A stretch of DNA of 64,000 bases from an uncultured Candidatus Saccharibacteria bacterium (GTDB lineage: Bacteria; Patescibacteriota; Doudnabacteria; UBA920; O2-02-FULL-48-8), in the NCBI GenBank assembly GCA_964605735.1, contig CAZSDS010000001.1, forward strand, positions 262,771 to 326,770, written 5' to 3'. This document shows, piece after piece, positions 25,299-35,204 of the stretch. The notes below the pieces were generated by a model, which did no database searches, had not been told where the DNA came from, and saw nothing but the letters and a program-made list of their open reading frames with translations. Made by a program: the position numbers and the translations under genes. Within the stretch, counting starts at the first letter, position 1. Each line of letters opens with the position of its first letter.

Positions 25299-25913
25299 TT
25301 AGATTTCGTCTAATTCCTTGTCCACGTGCTCATCATTGTCCTGGGAGGATGAGCTGACTTCCGTAGGCTCCTGCTCAGCTCCAGCCTTGATGACATTCTC
25401 CACTGCGCCCCATGACGCATCTTTGTCCTTTGGGACAACAACCGTGACCTGATCACCTGGTTCAGCTTTGAAATAGGTTAAGCTGGCAAGCAGAACGCGA
25501 TAGGTATTTCCTTCTGCAATGACTTTGTACTCACCTTTATCATCTTGAACGAGCGTACCCAAAGCTTTTCTGCGTTCCACTGGCCCAATTTGTTTATATA
25601 TAAAGGAGCCATCGTCCGCAATTGTCAACTTAAGCACATCACCTTCCACGAGCTTGCTCTTGGAGGCATAGTTAGCAGGAACCGGGTACTGTTTGCCGTC
25701 CGGCCCAATCATATTCTGGCCATCAAAAACACCCTCAATTACCTTACCGCCTTCAGAAACGGACAAAGACTGCGCCTTCTTGGCAAAATCCGGACTTAAT
25801 TCAATTGCTTTTCCGCCCATGATGTCCCGCAACAACTGTTTGGCCGACTGAATATTTTTCTCAGCAGACTCGATCATCTGGGCGATCAGGGCAAGATTTG
25901 TGGTGTTGTCCAT
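25299..25913 (-). CDS. Hypothetical protein with acidic C-terminal tail
   Basis: A 204-aa ORF directly abutting gtrA; no family recognised. Confidence 0.55.
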   Translation of the reverse strand: MDNTTNLALIAQMIESAEKNIQSAKQLLRDIMGGKAIELSPDFAKKAQSLSVSEGGKVIEGVFDGQNMIGPDGKQYPVPANYASKSKLVEGDVLKLTIADDGSFIYKQIGPVERRKALGTLVQDDKGEYKVIAEGNTYRVLLASLTYFKAEPGDQVTVVVPKDKDASWGAVENVIKAGAEQEPTEVSSSSQDNDEHVDKELDEI

Positions 25914-26263
25914 AGTTTGGTCTTAATTTTTATTTCGTGAACGCATTCAGCCTTTCTTGTATATTAATAGTTATCCACAAGGCGTCAATAAGGCGGAATA
26001 TCTAATTAAATTTTGTTTTCGTTTCGAAAATACGTACTATCAATCAAGATTATTATAACATACTAGAACATTTTTGCAAGCGTCTCCTTAAGCCGTTTTA
26101 AGGCGTTTATAGGGTCTGAATGGGCATGCGATTCCGTATGATTAAGCATCTGGATAAGTTCCTCGTGTTGGTCCTGGTCCTTGGCCTGTTCAGGCGTGGT
26201 GTATATCTTTTTTTCAAATTCCATTGACATAAGCTTATACGAATAAACGGGAAAATAGTTACT

Positions 26264-26662
26264 TTAGTTAAAGTCTGGATATTTGCCGCGGAGGGAATCC
26301 AGGGTCGCCTGGTCTGAGGCGGCATCCTCCAAAATGGCAAAGGCCTGTTGAGGGTCGGAAGACAGGATGGTTGTGGCGTACTCGGTAACTTTCAGCTCCA
26401 ATTCCCGGCGCTTTGACAAGGCTTGCTGTTTAAGGAGTTTCCCTTCCAGTGTTTCCAATTCTTCAAAGTCATGGGCCAATTCGCGTATAAGCGCCAGAAA
26501 ATCGGACTCAGCGTCAAGTAGGTTTATGTGAACCAGGACTTTTTCTGCAATCTCATGCGCTCGCTTAATGGCGATTCTTCTGGTGCGCAAACCTTCAGCC
26601 AGAAAAAGGCAAACCATTTTTGCATATTGCTCTTTTGGGGCAAGGTTTTTGTTTTCCGGCAT
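26264..26662 (-). CDS. Hypothetical alpha-helical protein (last gene of the 26264-32997 operon)
   Basis: A 132-aa ORF whose start overlaps the ATPase stop by 1 nt. Confidence 0.5.
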   Translation of the reverse strand: MPENKNLAPKEQYAKMVCLFLAEGLRTRRIAIKRAHEIAEKVLVHINLLDAESDFLALIRELAHDFEELETLEGKLLKQQALSKRRELELKVTEYATTILSSDPQQAFAILEDAASDQATLDSLRGKYPDFN

Positions 26663-29187
26663 CAGCCTGTCCTTTCTGTTGATGCGGGCCCGCTTTTCAG
26701 TGGCGCGCCCAGCTTAGTGCGTTCCAGAATTTCTTCCTCAATTTCAGAACGAGGCTTCCCATGCTTAAGGTTCGACAAATTCCTGATAAGACTGGCAAGT
26801 TCCGGATTTGCGCCGGGAGGCTTTGGATATGTCTGCATGTTAAACGGACGTGAGGCGGAGCCGTCAATCATCAGCTTCACGTACGCATTGAACCGCTCAA
26901 TGTTAATGACATCAAAGTCATTGAACACGGGCGCGAATTCTTTGGCCATTATCTCCGCGTCCTCCACACCAATGCGGAAACAGATCATAGTACCCGTATT
27001 TCCAAACACCGCATCTTTCATTTTGGTGTCATTGGCCGAAGACCCTTCTTTTTCAATGCCTAACTGGGAAATAAACTGGTGGGCCATAATCAAATTAAGA
27101 CGGTATTTTCTGGCTTCTGAAAGAATTGTGGCAAAGCTGTCCGTCACAAAATTCTGGAACTCGTCAACGTACAGATAAAAGTCGCGGCGCTGTTCCTCCG
27201 GAATGTCTGCCCTGGACATTGCCGCCATCTGCAGTTTGGAAACAATGATCAAACCAAGTAATTTGGCGTTGACCTCCCCGGTTTTGCCCTTTGACAGATT
27301 TATCAAAAGGATTTTGCCTTCATCCATGACTTTTCTGAAATCAAAGGAGCTGACCGGCTGGCCAATGATATTGCGCATCATGGAATTTTCCACGAACCTT
27401 CCGACTTTTGAAATCAAGTACCCGAGCATTTCAGACTTATGGAAGTCAGATGTCTTAGCCATTTCTTTTTCCCAAAATGCACGGACAATCGGATCTTTGA
27501 CTTTGGAAAGCTTGTATTTCTGAAAATCTGGGTCAGTGAACATCCTAGGTATGTCAGCTATCGTACCCGGATACTGCTCATCCTCCATCAGTGTGAGCAT
27601 GACGTTCCGCATATTGTGTTCAAACATTGGGCCGATCATTTCAGGCGGAAACAGCTTGTAGAAAATTGCAATCATCTCCTGAATGACAAAATCCTTCTGG
27701 GAAGGGTCTTTCACTTCCAGCATGTTTAAGCCAAGCGGACGCTCGATATTAAAAGGTTCAAATAAAATTACATCTTCGGCGCGTTCCTTGGGGATATATT
27801 GCAAAACATCCTCAATAAAATCTCCATGTGGGTCAATAATGCAAAGTCCTTCGCCATTTCTGACGTCCTGGATGGCCATATTTTTCATAAGCTCGGTTTT
27901 ACCTGTGCCTGTGCGGCCAATAATATAAGAGTGCCGGCGTCTGTCATCCTGCTTGATGTAAACTTGTTCCTGCTGGTTGCGGTAATTTGTGTAGCCCAGC
28001 AACAAGCCGCTGTCAGGCAAATTTGGCGGAGGTGCGGCTTTCTTGGCGCTGAGCCACTTAATGTTTGGCGTTTCTGTGAATTTGGTAGGAAGGTGCCAAA
28101 GGCTGGCCAACTCTTCTGTGTTCAAAACTTCCTTGGTATTATGGAACATGCGGAAAACATAATCCTTGACCACCTTATCCGGCTTGGACTTTCGGACCTT
28201 GAACCCGTTAAACGGCGGCATTGAATACTGCATAAAGGACGCCAAAATGTTTTTCAGGTGCTGTTCAGCATTGGCTTTGCTTGGTGATGTGGTGATTACG
28301 CGCATGTTGAACTTATAGCCGACTTTCGACGATTTTTCTTCCAGGCGTTTGACCATTTCCTGTTGCATCGGCGTCAGGTGAATCGGCTTGTCTTCAGGCT
28401 TTCGCAGTAAATCCTCTTCTTTTTTCTTCACTCCCATAGCCTGGTCAAAAAGATTATTCATGACGTTAAACGTACCATCAAGCGCTTTGTCAAAAGTCGA
28501 GGTGCTGATTTTATCCGGGTGTTTGCCTTGCTGAATTTCATGCGCCATTTTTCTGGCTTTAGACTGCCAGGAATTTCCCGCCGGACTGATGAGCAGCTGA
28601 ATTGCAGCTCCTTCTTCCGGAGCCAATTTGGAAAGGCTGTTGGTTATGGCATTGATTGGGTCTGTCTCCATGTTTTTATAAGTCTTGAAAGTCAGGACCG
28701 AATCGCGCTGCAATCCAATCTCAGCGCCTGTGGCTGCGGAGTTGGGAGAAAAAATATTGTAAATCTTAACCTTGTCCACGTGCGCCTTAGGGTATTGCGC
28801 GTGCAAGCTCTTTTCCACCAAAGTTTGCAAACGACTTGGCACATTTATGTAAAACGAAATATGTTTGCCCTTGGCCGCAATCTCCAAACTGATGTACTCG
28901 TCAATTCCGAGCATATGATTGAGGTCTTTGCTGGAAATTTCAGAAATTGTGGCGAAGAACTGTTCTGCAATGGCAATCATATCCTTCTCTTCTTTCTGAG
29001 CTTCCGTATCCTGAGCTGATCCGTCTTTTGGCACGCTGACTTCCAAAAACACGGACTTTTTCAAACGAGGCAGCCATGTTTTTCTTCTCAGGCCGTCAAA
29101 AACAAGAAAATACAAAAAGGCTCCGGTAAAGCCAACTGCGGCTACCAGTAAAATCACCAAAAACCAAATTGTATAATCAGATGCCAT
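26662..29187 (-). CDS. VirD4/TraG/TraD-like (type IV coupling protein-like) FtsK/HerA-superfamily ATPase with N-terminal TM anchor and ~400-aa N-terminal domain
   Basis: Walker A YIIGRTGTGKTE, LCIIDPHGDF, Walker B FYLYVDEFQNF, RKYRLNLIMAHQFISQL, and NTGTMICFRIG. It has a single N-terminal TM helix. Confidence 0.6.
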   Translation of the reverse strand: MASDYTIWFLVILLVAAVGFTGAFLYFLVFDGLRRKTWLPRLKKSVFLEVSVPKDGSAQDTEAQKEEKDMIAIAEQFFATISEISSKDLNHMLGIDEYISLEIAAKGKHISFYINVPSRLQTLVEKSLHAQYPKAHVDKVKIYNIFSPNSAATGAEIGLQRDSVLTFKTYKNMETDPINAITNSLSKLAPEEGAAIQLLISPAGNSWQSKARKMAHEIQQGKHPDKISTSTFDKALDGTFNVMNNLFDQAMGVKKKEEDLLRKPEDKPIHLTPMQQEMVKRLEEKSSKVGYKFNMRVITTSPSKANAEQHLKNILASFMQYSMPPFNGFKVRKSKPDKVVKDYVFRMFHNTKEVLNTEELASLWHLPTKFTETPNIKWLSAKKAAPPPNLPDSGLLLGYTNYRNQQEQVYIKQDDRRRHSYIIGRTGTGKTELMKNMAIQDVRNGEGLCIIDPHGDFIEDVLQYIPKERAEDVILFEPFNIERPLGLNMLEVKDPSQKDFVIQEMIAIFYKLFPPEMIGPMFEHNMRNVMLTLMEDEQYPGTIADIPRMFTDPDFQKYKLSKVKDPIVRAFWEKEMAKTSDFHKSEMLGYLISKVGRFVENSMMRNIIGQPVSSFDFRKVMDEGKILLINLSKGKTGEVNAKLLGLIIVSKLQMAAMSRADIPEEQRRDFYLYVDEFQNFVTDSFATILSEARKYRLNLIMAHQFISQLGIEKEGSSANDTKMKDAVFGNTGTMICFRIGVEDAEIMAKEFAPVFNDFDVINIERFNAYVKLMIDGSASRPFNMQTYPKPPGANPELASLIRNLSNLKHGKPRSEIEEEILERTKLGAPLKSGPASTERTG

Positions 29188-29224
29188 TTGTTTGTTTTAC
29201 TTTTTATTTCAACCTGCTGAGAAT

Positions 29225-29611
29225 TTATTCCGGATGAGTTTCCTCGCCGTTGCCTATCCAGGCAGAAAGCGTATCAACCAAATCTGCATTGTCTTTCGAA
29301 ATTTTTCCTGCAGCCGCCTGCTCGATAATCTCATCCAATTTCTCTACACCGCGCCCCAGCGGGCCATTCAGCTCTGAAATCGGGTCACTGGTTTTTGATT
29401 CAGAAGGCTCAGCTTGGCTGGTTATGCCGGGAATTTCTGGACTAAATTGTTTTTTTGACTCTGCTCGATGTTTTTCCCGCAGCTCGCTTTGCTGGTAAAG
29501 CTCTTCCGATAATTTTTTGGCTTCTTCAAATTGCGCGCGTTCTCGCTCCAGCTGGGCCAGCCTTTCCGGATCAAGTTCGCTGTTTTTATTGTTCCTGAAT
29601 TGTTCCGCCAT
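29225..29611 (-). CDS. Hypothetical charged coiled-coil protein
   Basis: A 128-aa, Glu/Lys/Arg-rich protein. Confidence 0.45.
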   Translation of the reverse strand: MAEQFRNNKNSELDPERLAQLERERAQFEEAKKLSEELYQQSELREKHRAESKKQFSPEIPGITSQAEPSESKTSDPISELNGPLGRGVEKLDEIIEQAAAGKISKDNADLVDTLSAWIGNGEETHPE

Positions 29612-29614
29612 AAA

Positions 29615-29911
29615 TTAAAGTTCCTGATTGATTAATGAACTTAACTCTTGTTTCAAAGACAAAATTTCTTCATCTACCCATTTCATGTAATCAGGCGCTT
29701 TTTCTGAAATAAATTCGCCGATTTCCACCTCATCCCCTTTTTCCAAAATTTGGTTCAACTTTTCCTGGTCTGCATCTGGCAATGATTTCATAAGCCTGAG
29801 GAACAGGCGATCCTCTATAAGCCTTGCAGACTGATCCACAATTCTAATTTTTTGTTCTGCCGGCAAATCCTGGATGCCCAACAACGAAATTAAATCCTTA
29901 TCCTCGATCAT
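29615..29911 (-). CDS. Hypothetical small acidic protein
   Basis: A 98-aa ORF overlapping the upstream giant gene by 4 nt. Confidence 0.5.
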   Translation of the reverse strand: MIEDKDLISLLGIQDLPAEQKIRIVDQSARLIEDRLFLRLMKSLPDADQEKLNQILEKGDEVEIGEFISEKAPDYMKWVDEEILSLKQELSSLINQEL

Positions 29912-32900
29912 TGCTTCATCCTTTCTGCGGCCAGCCGCACCATAAATTTTTTAACTGTTTCTTGTTTCATTGTTGAACCCAGTTCATTTGATGACCGGTA
30001 AAACAAATCGTTCATGCGGTCGGCGAAGCCTTTGTATTTGGAGATCTGCCGGTCAGAAATCTGATCGCTGGTGAAAAAGGTCATAAAGTCAGACATCTTC
30101 TGATCCTGGATTTTATTCAAATCCTTTCCATCCAGGTTCATCTCCTTCATGAAGTCTTTGTATTTCGTTCCGCCCATCAGGTCTTTAATGGCGTCTGTGG
30201 TTTTTTTCTGGCTTTCGATTTGACTGTAAAGTTTGTTAACCTCTTCCTCAGAAACCAAGGCTCCATGTTCCGCTGTTTTCCCCGCGGCTGACTCAACCGT
30301 CTGGGTGACTTCGAAATCACCTGATTCTTTTATGCGATCAAAGTCCAGCTTTTCAACCTCGACATTTTCAGGCCCGATTCTTCCGGCCACCCGCTGATCA
30401 ACGTTTCCAACTTCATTGCGCACGCTTTCCAAAACTTCTGATTTGGTTGGAATGTTTTCGGCAAAATCCAGACTGCCTTTATCCAGGTTAAAACTCCCGT
30501 CAGCTGAGATGTCAATTTTTGCCCCGACTATGTCGCTGAGGTCTTTGCCCGTGCCATCCACGCTGTAACCGTTTTCCTTGGCAATCTCTAGAATGCGTTT
30601 ATGAATCGCTGTTTTGTAATCCGTGCCAGGGTACTTTTCTGTCAGCCACTTGGCAGTCGGACTGTCGGGATTATTTTTTACATGGTCGATCATCACGCTT
30701 TCAATGCTCTTGCCCGAACCCTCAGGCACTTCAAGGCTGTTTGTGAATTGGGTTGTTGATCTTTCAGCTTCAGTGAGTATGCGCGCCGGCTCAGCACCTG
30801 AAACTTTTGCGCCAGCCGTAGTTTCTGGCTTCGTATCTGGAATTTCAGAGTTTGAGTCAGGTGTTGTTTGCCCAACAACCTGCCCATCTCCAGCTTCAAC
30901 CGGTTCAGGCGAACCTGGAGAAGTCATTTCAGTTTCAAGATTTTGATCAGTCCAACCCAACTTGTATTTCTTGTCCACGTACTCAAGCATGGAGTGGAAA
31001 AGCCCGGCTGTGGCCACACCCACGAGCACTGATCCCGCCGTAGTGACCCTTCTAATGTTCTTTTCTTTGGTAATAGCCAAGTCAGTTTTATTTTCAGCAG
31101 AAATGGCTTGCAGTCTCAAGAATTCCAAATCATCGGGCTTAAATCCTTCCTGTTCAAGCAACTTCCTTTCATGTGCTAATAATTTTTGGAATTGTTCGCT
31201 GTTAACAATTTCGTCATGTGATTTTTTGTCAAAATACGCGCTGGCAAGCATCTGCCCTTGTTTTTCCTGAACCCCTTCCAAATTCAATTCTGCAATCTTG
31301 TCATCTGTTAATTCTTCCTTAAATTTATTCCTGGTCCAATCAATAATTCTGCGGGTTCTGAATGCAGCGTCAACACCTGACACAGCTGCAGCAGCCGCCC
31401 CCAAACTCATAAACGTTAAACCGGAGTACACTACGGTTCTAACGCTGAAAGGAACCGAAGCCACTTTCCCAAGCAAATTCAGTTCTTTTCCTGTACGTTT
31501 GGTGTAGGCATGACCCAGGTTTAGTCCCATATATTTATCCCATTTTCCCTGGACTGCCTTCCACCAACCAGCTTCCATTTGTCCAAACACTTCCTTGTGG
31601 GAAGCGGCCATGGCGAGCTTTTCCGTCAGATGTTTCTCGATATTTGCTCCGACATACTCCTGGCGAGCGTGCTCATATTCAAGTTTGAGGGTCTCTGTTT
31701 CATTAAAGACCTCTTCTTTTTTTGGCGCAAAACCTGCCTTGCTCTTTAATTTCTGGACTGCGCCATATTCGTCATATTTACGCTTAGCAGCAACATATTT
31801 AAGCCGGGCATTCGAAAGTTTCTCTTCCAGTGCGCGCTCTGCGGCAATATCTGATTCTGACCTGAATTCTTTCAGGCTTTCATTATTTTCATTCAAATCT
31901 GGCTCAGGTTCGTTTTTGACTATCTCAGCAGTGAGTTCAGGTTCAGGCTTGTCTAATTTCTCTGGTGCTTTCACCTGGAGTTCCTTAGCCATAAATTGCC
32001 CCATTTCCTCTGTTGACGCACCAGGAACAAAAACAAACTTCCTTACATCTGGACGGAATGCATTCTTTTCAACCTGATCCACCTTAATCTCAAGCCCTTC
32101 CAATGCCTTGGGGTTCGTTTTTTGTAAATTTTCCAGCACTGGCTCCAATTTTTCAAATGCCGCAACATGCTCTTCCGGGGAAATAAAACCTCGGATAACC
32201 TTAACCCCAAATTTTTTCCCAAGCTCATACTGCATATTGTCGACCTTCTCCCAACCAGGCGTTTCCACCGCAGCAATTTCGAGCATTTTTTCCCGCAACT
32301 CTTCAGGGCCTGGAGGGACCTCCTTTTTTGGAGAGTTCTCAGGTTGTGATTGAACTTCCTGATCCTCAGCATTCATCTTACCCTTGGCAATCTGTTCAAG
32401 ATCCGAAAGCAGGAGTTTTTCCTTCTCCCCCATGCGGCTGAGCTTGCTTTCTTCAGCCTTCTTTTTTTTCTTTATTTCAGCAGGCCTAAAAATTGTTTCA
32501 GGAGAGTCAGCATTGCTTTCTGAGGATAATTTAGAACCATGAGATTCTTCAGGATCCACTTTGGTTATTGTATTTTCAGTTTCAGGCGCAAGAGACTGCT
32601 CAGCGCTTATTTGCGAAGAATTTGGTTGAGCAGGCACCTCCTGACCACCCCCAGACTCTAAATTCGCCGACTTTTCTGAATCATTTGAACCGTTGGTTGA
32701 TTTTTCTAAACCACCGGTTAATTCACCAGCAAAACCCCTGGCTTTTTGAAATTCGTCATCCAATGACGCGTCATCCAGACCCTTTAATCTTTCTTCTTCG
32801 GACAGATCAGAAATAAAACCAGCATCCAAAATTGCCTGGATTTTATCCTCTCTGGTCAATTCTTTTTCAGAATCAGACTTTGAGTTTTCCTGTTCTTTCT

Positions 32901-32997
32901 CGTCCTCTGGAATTTTTGCCTGAATCTCGTGATAGCCATTCTTCATGAGAGCGGTCCTGAGATCATCCCCGGCCATTGATTCCATATTACTCGCCAT
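29908..32997 (-). CDS. Giant (1029 aa) acidic low-complexity protein with two central TM helices
   Basis: The N-terminal ~430 aa are Glu/Lys/Ser-rich. Two hydrophobic helices (VPFSVRTVVYSGLTFMSLGAAAAAVSGV and VTTAGSVLVGVATAGLF) flank a ~110-aa loop, followed by a ~330-aa C-terminal domain. Confidence 0.65.
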   Translation of the reverse strand: MASNMESMAGDDLRTALMKNGYHEIQAKIPEDEKEQENSKSDSEKELTREDKIQAILDAGFISDLSEEERLKGLDDASLDDEFQKARGFAGELTGGLEKSTNGSNDSEKSANLESGGGQEVPAQPNSSQISAEQSLAPETENTITKVDPEESHGSKLSSESNADSPETIFRPAEIKKKKKAEESKLSRMGEKEKLLLSDLEQIAKGKMNAEDQEVQSQPENSPKKEVPPGPEELREKMLEIAAVETPGWEKVDNMQYELGKKFGVKVIRGFISPEEHVAAFEKLEPVLENLQKTNPKALEGLEIKVDQVEKNAFRPDVRKFVFVPGASTEEMGQFMAKELQVKAPEKLDKPEPELTAEIVKNEPEPDLNENNESLKEFRSESDIAAERALEEKLSNARLKYVAAKRKYDEYGAVQKLKSKAGFAPKKEEVFNETETLKLEYEHARQEYVGANIEKHLTEKLAMAASHKEVFGQMEAGWWKAVQGKWDKYMGLNLGHAYTKRTGKELNLLGKVASVPFSVRTVVYSGLTFMSLGAAAAAVSGVDAAFRTRRIIDWTRNKFKEELTDDKIAELNLEGVQEKQGQMLASAYFDKKSHDEIVNSEQFQKLLAHERKLLEQEGFKPDDLEFLRLQAISAENKTDLAITKEKNIRRVTTAGSVLVGVATAGLFHSMLEYVDKKYKLGWTDQNLETEMTSPGSPEPVEAGDGQVVGQTTPDSNSEIPDTKPETTAGAKVSGAEPARILTEAERSTTQFTNSLEVPEGSGKSIESVMIDHVKNNPDSPTAKWLTEKYPGTDYKTAIHKRILEIAKENGYSVDGTGKDLSDIVGAKIDISADGSFNLDKGSLDFAENIPTKSEVLESVRNEVGNVDQRVAGRIGPENVEVEKLDFDRIKESGDFEVTQTVESAAGKTAEHGALVSEEEVNKLYSQIESQKKTTDAIKDLMGGTKYKDFMKEMNLDGKDLNKIQDQKMSDFMTFFTSDQISDRQISKYKGFADRMNDLFYRSSNELGSTMKQETVKKFMVRLAAERMKQ

Positions 32998-33059
32998 TTG
33001 TTGGAAATTTAAATAAAAATGTTTATTTTTCTGTCATTTGAGACCGTTTTTGCGATAAA

Positions 33060-33089
33060 ATTATAACATAAATAACTATTTTTTGACAA
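33060..33089 (-). promoter_or_regulatory. Sigma70-like promoter (TTGTCA-18-TATAAT) for the 32997-26264 operon
   Basis: The minus strand reads TTGTCAaaaaatagttatttatgtTATAAT, about 60 nt upstream of ATG 32997 and divergent from cysS. Confidence 0.45.
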
Positions 33090-33157
33090 ACTTTTTACCA
33101 AACCAACCTGCATAAACCAGCAATGGTCAAATAGAACACTTTAAAAGCCGGCTATTT

Positions 33158-33166
33158 TGTTATACT
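33158..33166 (+). promoter_or_regulatory. Extended -10 element TGtTATACT placed 9 nt before the cysS ATG (leaderless-type)
   Basis: TG at 33158-59 and TATACT at 33161-66. The predicted TSS coincides with ATG 33175. Confidence 0.35.
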
Positions 33167-33174
33167 ATTCCCTT

Positions 33175-34533
33175 ATGCTTACGCTGTATAACTCACTGAC
33201 AAGAAAAAAAGAAGAATTCAAGCCGATAACCCCGGGGAAGGCCAGCATGTACACCTGCGGCCCGACTGCATATGATTATGCACATATCGGTAATCTTCGT
33301 TCGTACATATACGCTGACCTGCTCAGGCGAGCTTTAATCATGAACGGCTTTGGCGTGACTTTTGTCATGAACGTGACGGATGTTGATGACAAAACCATTG
33401 CCCGATCACAACAGGAACACAAAACTATTTCAGAACTGACGAACTTCTATACCAAAACTTTCCTGGATGATTTGGAACGCATTAACGTGCCTAAACCTGA
33501 CAAACTCCCAAAAGCAACGGAAGAGATTGAAGGTATGGTTGAACTGATAAAAATTTTGCTGCAAAAAGGCTTTGCTTACCGTACGGAACGCGGGGATTAT
33601 TACTTCAGCATTGCCAAATTCAAAGAATACGGAAAACTGGCACAAGTTGATTTAAGCAACCTGAAAGAAAACGCGGAAGGCCGCCTGGATCGGGCTGATG
33701 AGTACGAAAAAGACAATGTCCGTGATTTTGCGCTCTGGAAAGCCTATTCCACTGAAGACGGAGAAGTGTTCTGGGAGACTGAATTAGGCAAAGGACGGCC
33801 AGGCTGGCACATTGAATGTTCAGTCATGTCAGCCAAATACCTTGGCCAGCCATTTGATATCCATGCCGGCGGCGTTGACCTTATTTTCCCCCACCATACA
33901 AACGAAATAGCTCAAAGCGAAGCCGCGTACGGCAAACCCCTGGCCAATTACTGGATGCACAGCGAACACCTGTTGGTCGACAACTCAAAGATGGCCAAAT
34001 CAAAAAATAATTTCTACACCTCACAAGACGTCATCAACCAGGGGTTCAACATGCTTGCTTTCAGATATTTAATGCTATCTTCACATTATCGGTCAAAGCT
34101 CAATTTCACCTGGGAAAGCTTGCGCGGCGCCAAGAACGCCTTGAACAACCTTTACACAGAAATCTCTTCATACAATCCGGCAAAAAACGGCCTGCCGGAA
34201 TTTGAATCAGCTTTTGAACAAGCCATTAATGAGGACTTGAATTCAGCAAAAGCCCTGGCAGTGGTTTGGGACCTGATTCACTCCGAACATGATACAGGAG
34301 ACAAACTGGCCAGTCTCCTGAAATTTGACCAAATTTTAGGTTTAAACCTCAGGTCAGCTTGGGAGGAAGCCGTAAACCTCCCGGACGAAATCAAGGCAAT
34401 CAAAACAGACCGCGATCAAGCGCGGGGCAAAAAAGATTACACCCGTTCTGACGCATTGCGTGATGAACTTGAAGCAAAAGGATACATTGTGGAGGATACA
34501 TCCAGTGGAACTCTCTTAAAGAAAAAATATTGA
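33175..34533 (+). CDS. cysS: Cysteine--tRNA ligase
   Basis: HIGH motif (AHIGNLRSY), KMSKS motif (KMAKSKNN) and the LYNSLTRKKEEF N-terminus. ATG 33175 is preferred over the ORF-track TTG at 33157. Confidence 0.93.
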   Translation: MLTLYNSLTRKKEEFKPITPGKASMYTCGPTAYDYAHIGNLRSYIYADLLRRALIMNGFGVTFVMNVTDVDDKTIARSQQEHKTISELTNFYTKTFLDDLERINVPKPDKLPKATEEIEGMVELIKILLQKGFAYRTERGDYYFSIAKFKEYGKLAQVDLSNLKENAEGRLDRADEYEKDNVRDFALWKAYSTEDGEVFWETELGKGRPGWHIECSVMSAKYLGQPFDIHAGGVDLIFPHHTNEIAQSEAAYGKPLANYWMHSEHLLVDNSKMAKSKNNFYTSQDVINQGFNMLAFRYLMLSSHYRSKLNFTWESLRGAKNALNNLYTEISSYNPAKNGLPEFESAFEQAINEDLNSAKALAVVWDLIHSEHDTGDKLASLLKFDQILGLNLRSAWEEAVNLPDEIKAIKTDRDQARGKKDYTRSDALRDELEAKGYIVEDTSSGTLLKKKY

Positions 34534-34539
34534 ACCCAG

Positions 34540-35058
34540 ATGTCTGTCCAAGAATTGCTCGAAAAAGGGCATGAGGAGGTGCTAAAAGCCCTGGAGGGCA
34601 TTTCTGACTTGGACGCGGAAAATCTTCATATTTTGGGTAACTGGACCATAAGAGATCTTTTAGGCAACCTCACTGCTTATGAACACGTTCTGGAAGATAT
34701 TTTTGGCTACAGAATGGTGGTTTTCAGCACAGGACCATACTTGTTGCAGCTTATAAAAATGGGTCCCGAAGAATTCGACAAATTCCATTTTGAGGAATTC
34801 AAGTACACGCCTTATACCGAAGTGCTTACGCAGTTTACCTCCAGACACCAGCACGTAGTGGGCATGCTCTGGCAGATGACTGATGATTTACTGCACCAAA
34901 AAGGCGTGTTGAAATGGTATGACAAAAAGGCTTCTGTCGCAGATTATATCGCCAACACCCATTACCCCAGGAAACTAAAAGCTGCGGATAGGATTTTCGC
35001 CTTTAAAAAAAAGTTAGCTCACAACAGACACAAGCCAAGCAAAAAATCAGATCTTTGA
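34540..35058 (+). CDS. DinB/YfiT-like or ClbS/DUF1706-like four-helix-bundle protein
   Basis: A 172-aa protein in which NWTIRDLLGNLTAYEH resembles the DinB_2/DUF1706 helix-1 pattern. The family call is tentative. Confidence 0.45.
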   Translation: MSVQELLEKGHEEVLKALEGISDLDAENLHILGNWTIRDLLGNLTAYEHVLEDIFGYRMVVFSTGPYLLQLIKMGPEEFDKFHFEEFKYTPYTEVLTQFTSRHQHVVGMLWQMTDDLLHQKGVLKWYDKKASVADYIANTHYPRKLKAADRIFAFKKKLAHNRHKPSKKSDL

Positions 35059-35204
35059 GGATTGTGTTTTCCGCACACAATTTCCCCAGGTTATGCACCC
35101 GCTCTAAATTTTTCCCTTATTTTACTTGATTTTGCTTGCCCTTCCTTGCTTATTTTGCCAGGTAATTTTCTCCGCGTATAATAAACACACTTAAGCAAAA
35201 ACCT

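Noticed and set aside
26107-26340. 77-aa ORF 26107..26340(-)
   Set aside because: It overlaps the 3' end of the 26264..26662 gene in another frame, and its product is Arg/Pro-rich and low-complexity. The non-overlapping 55-aa alternative is reported instead as a low-confidence observation.
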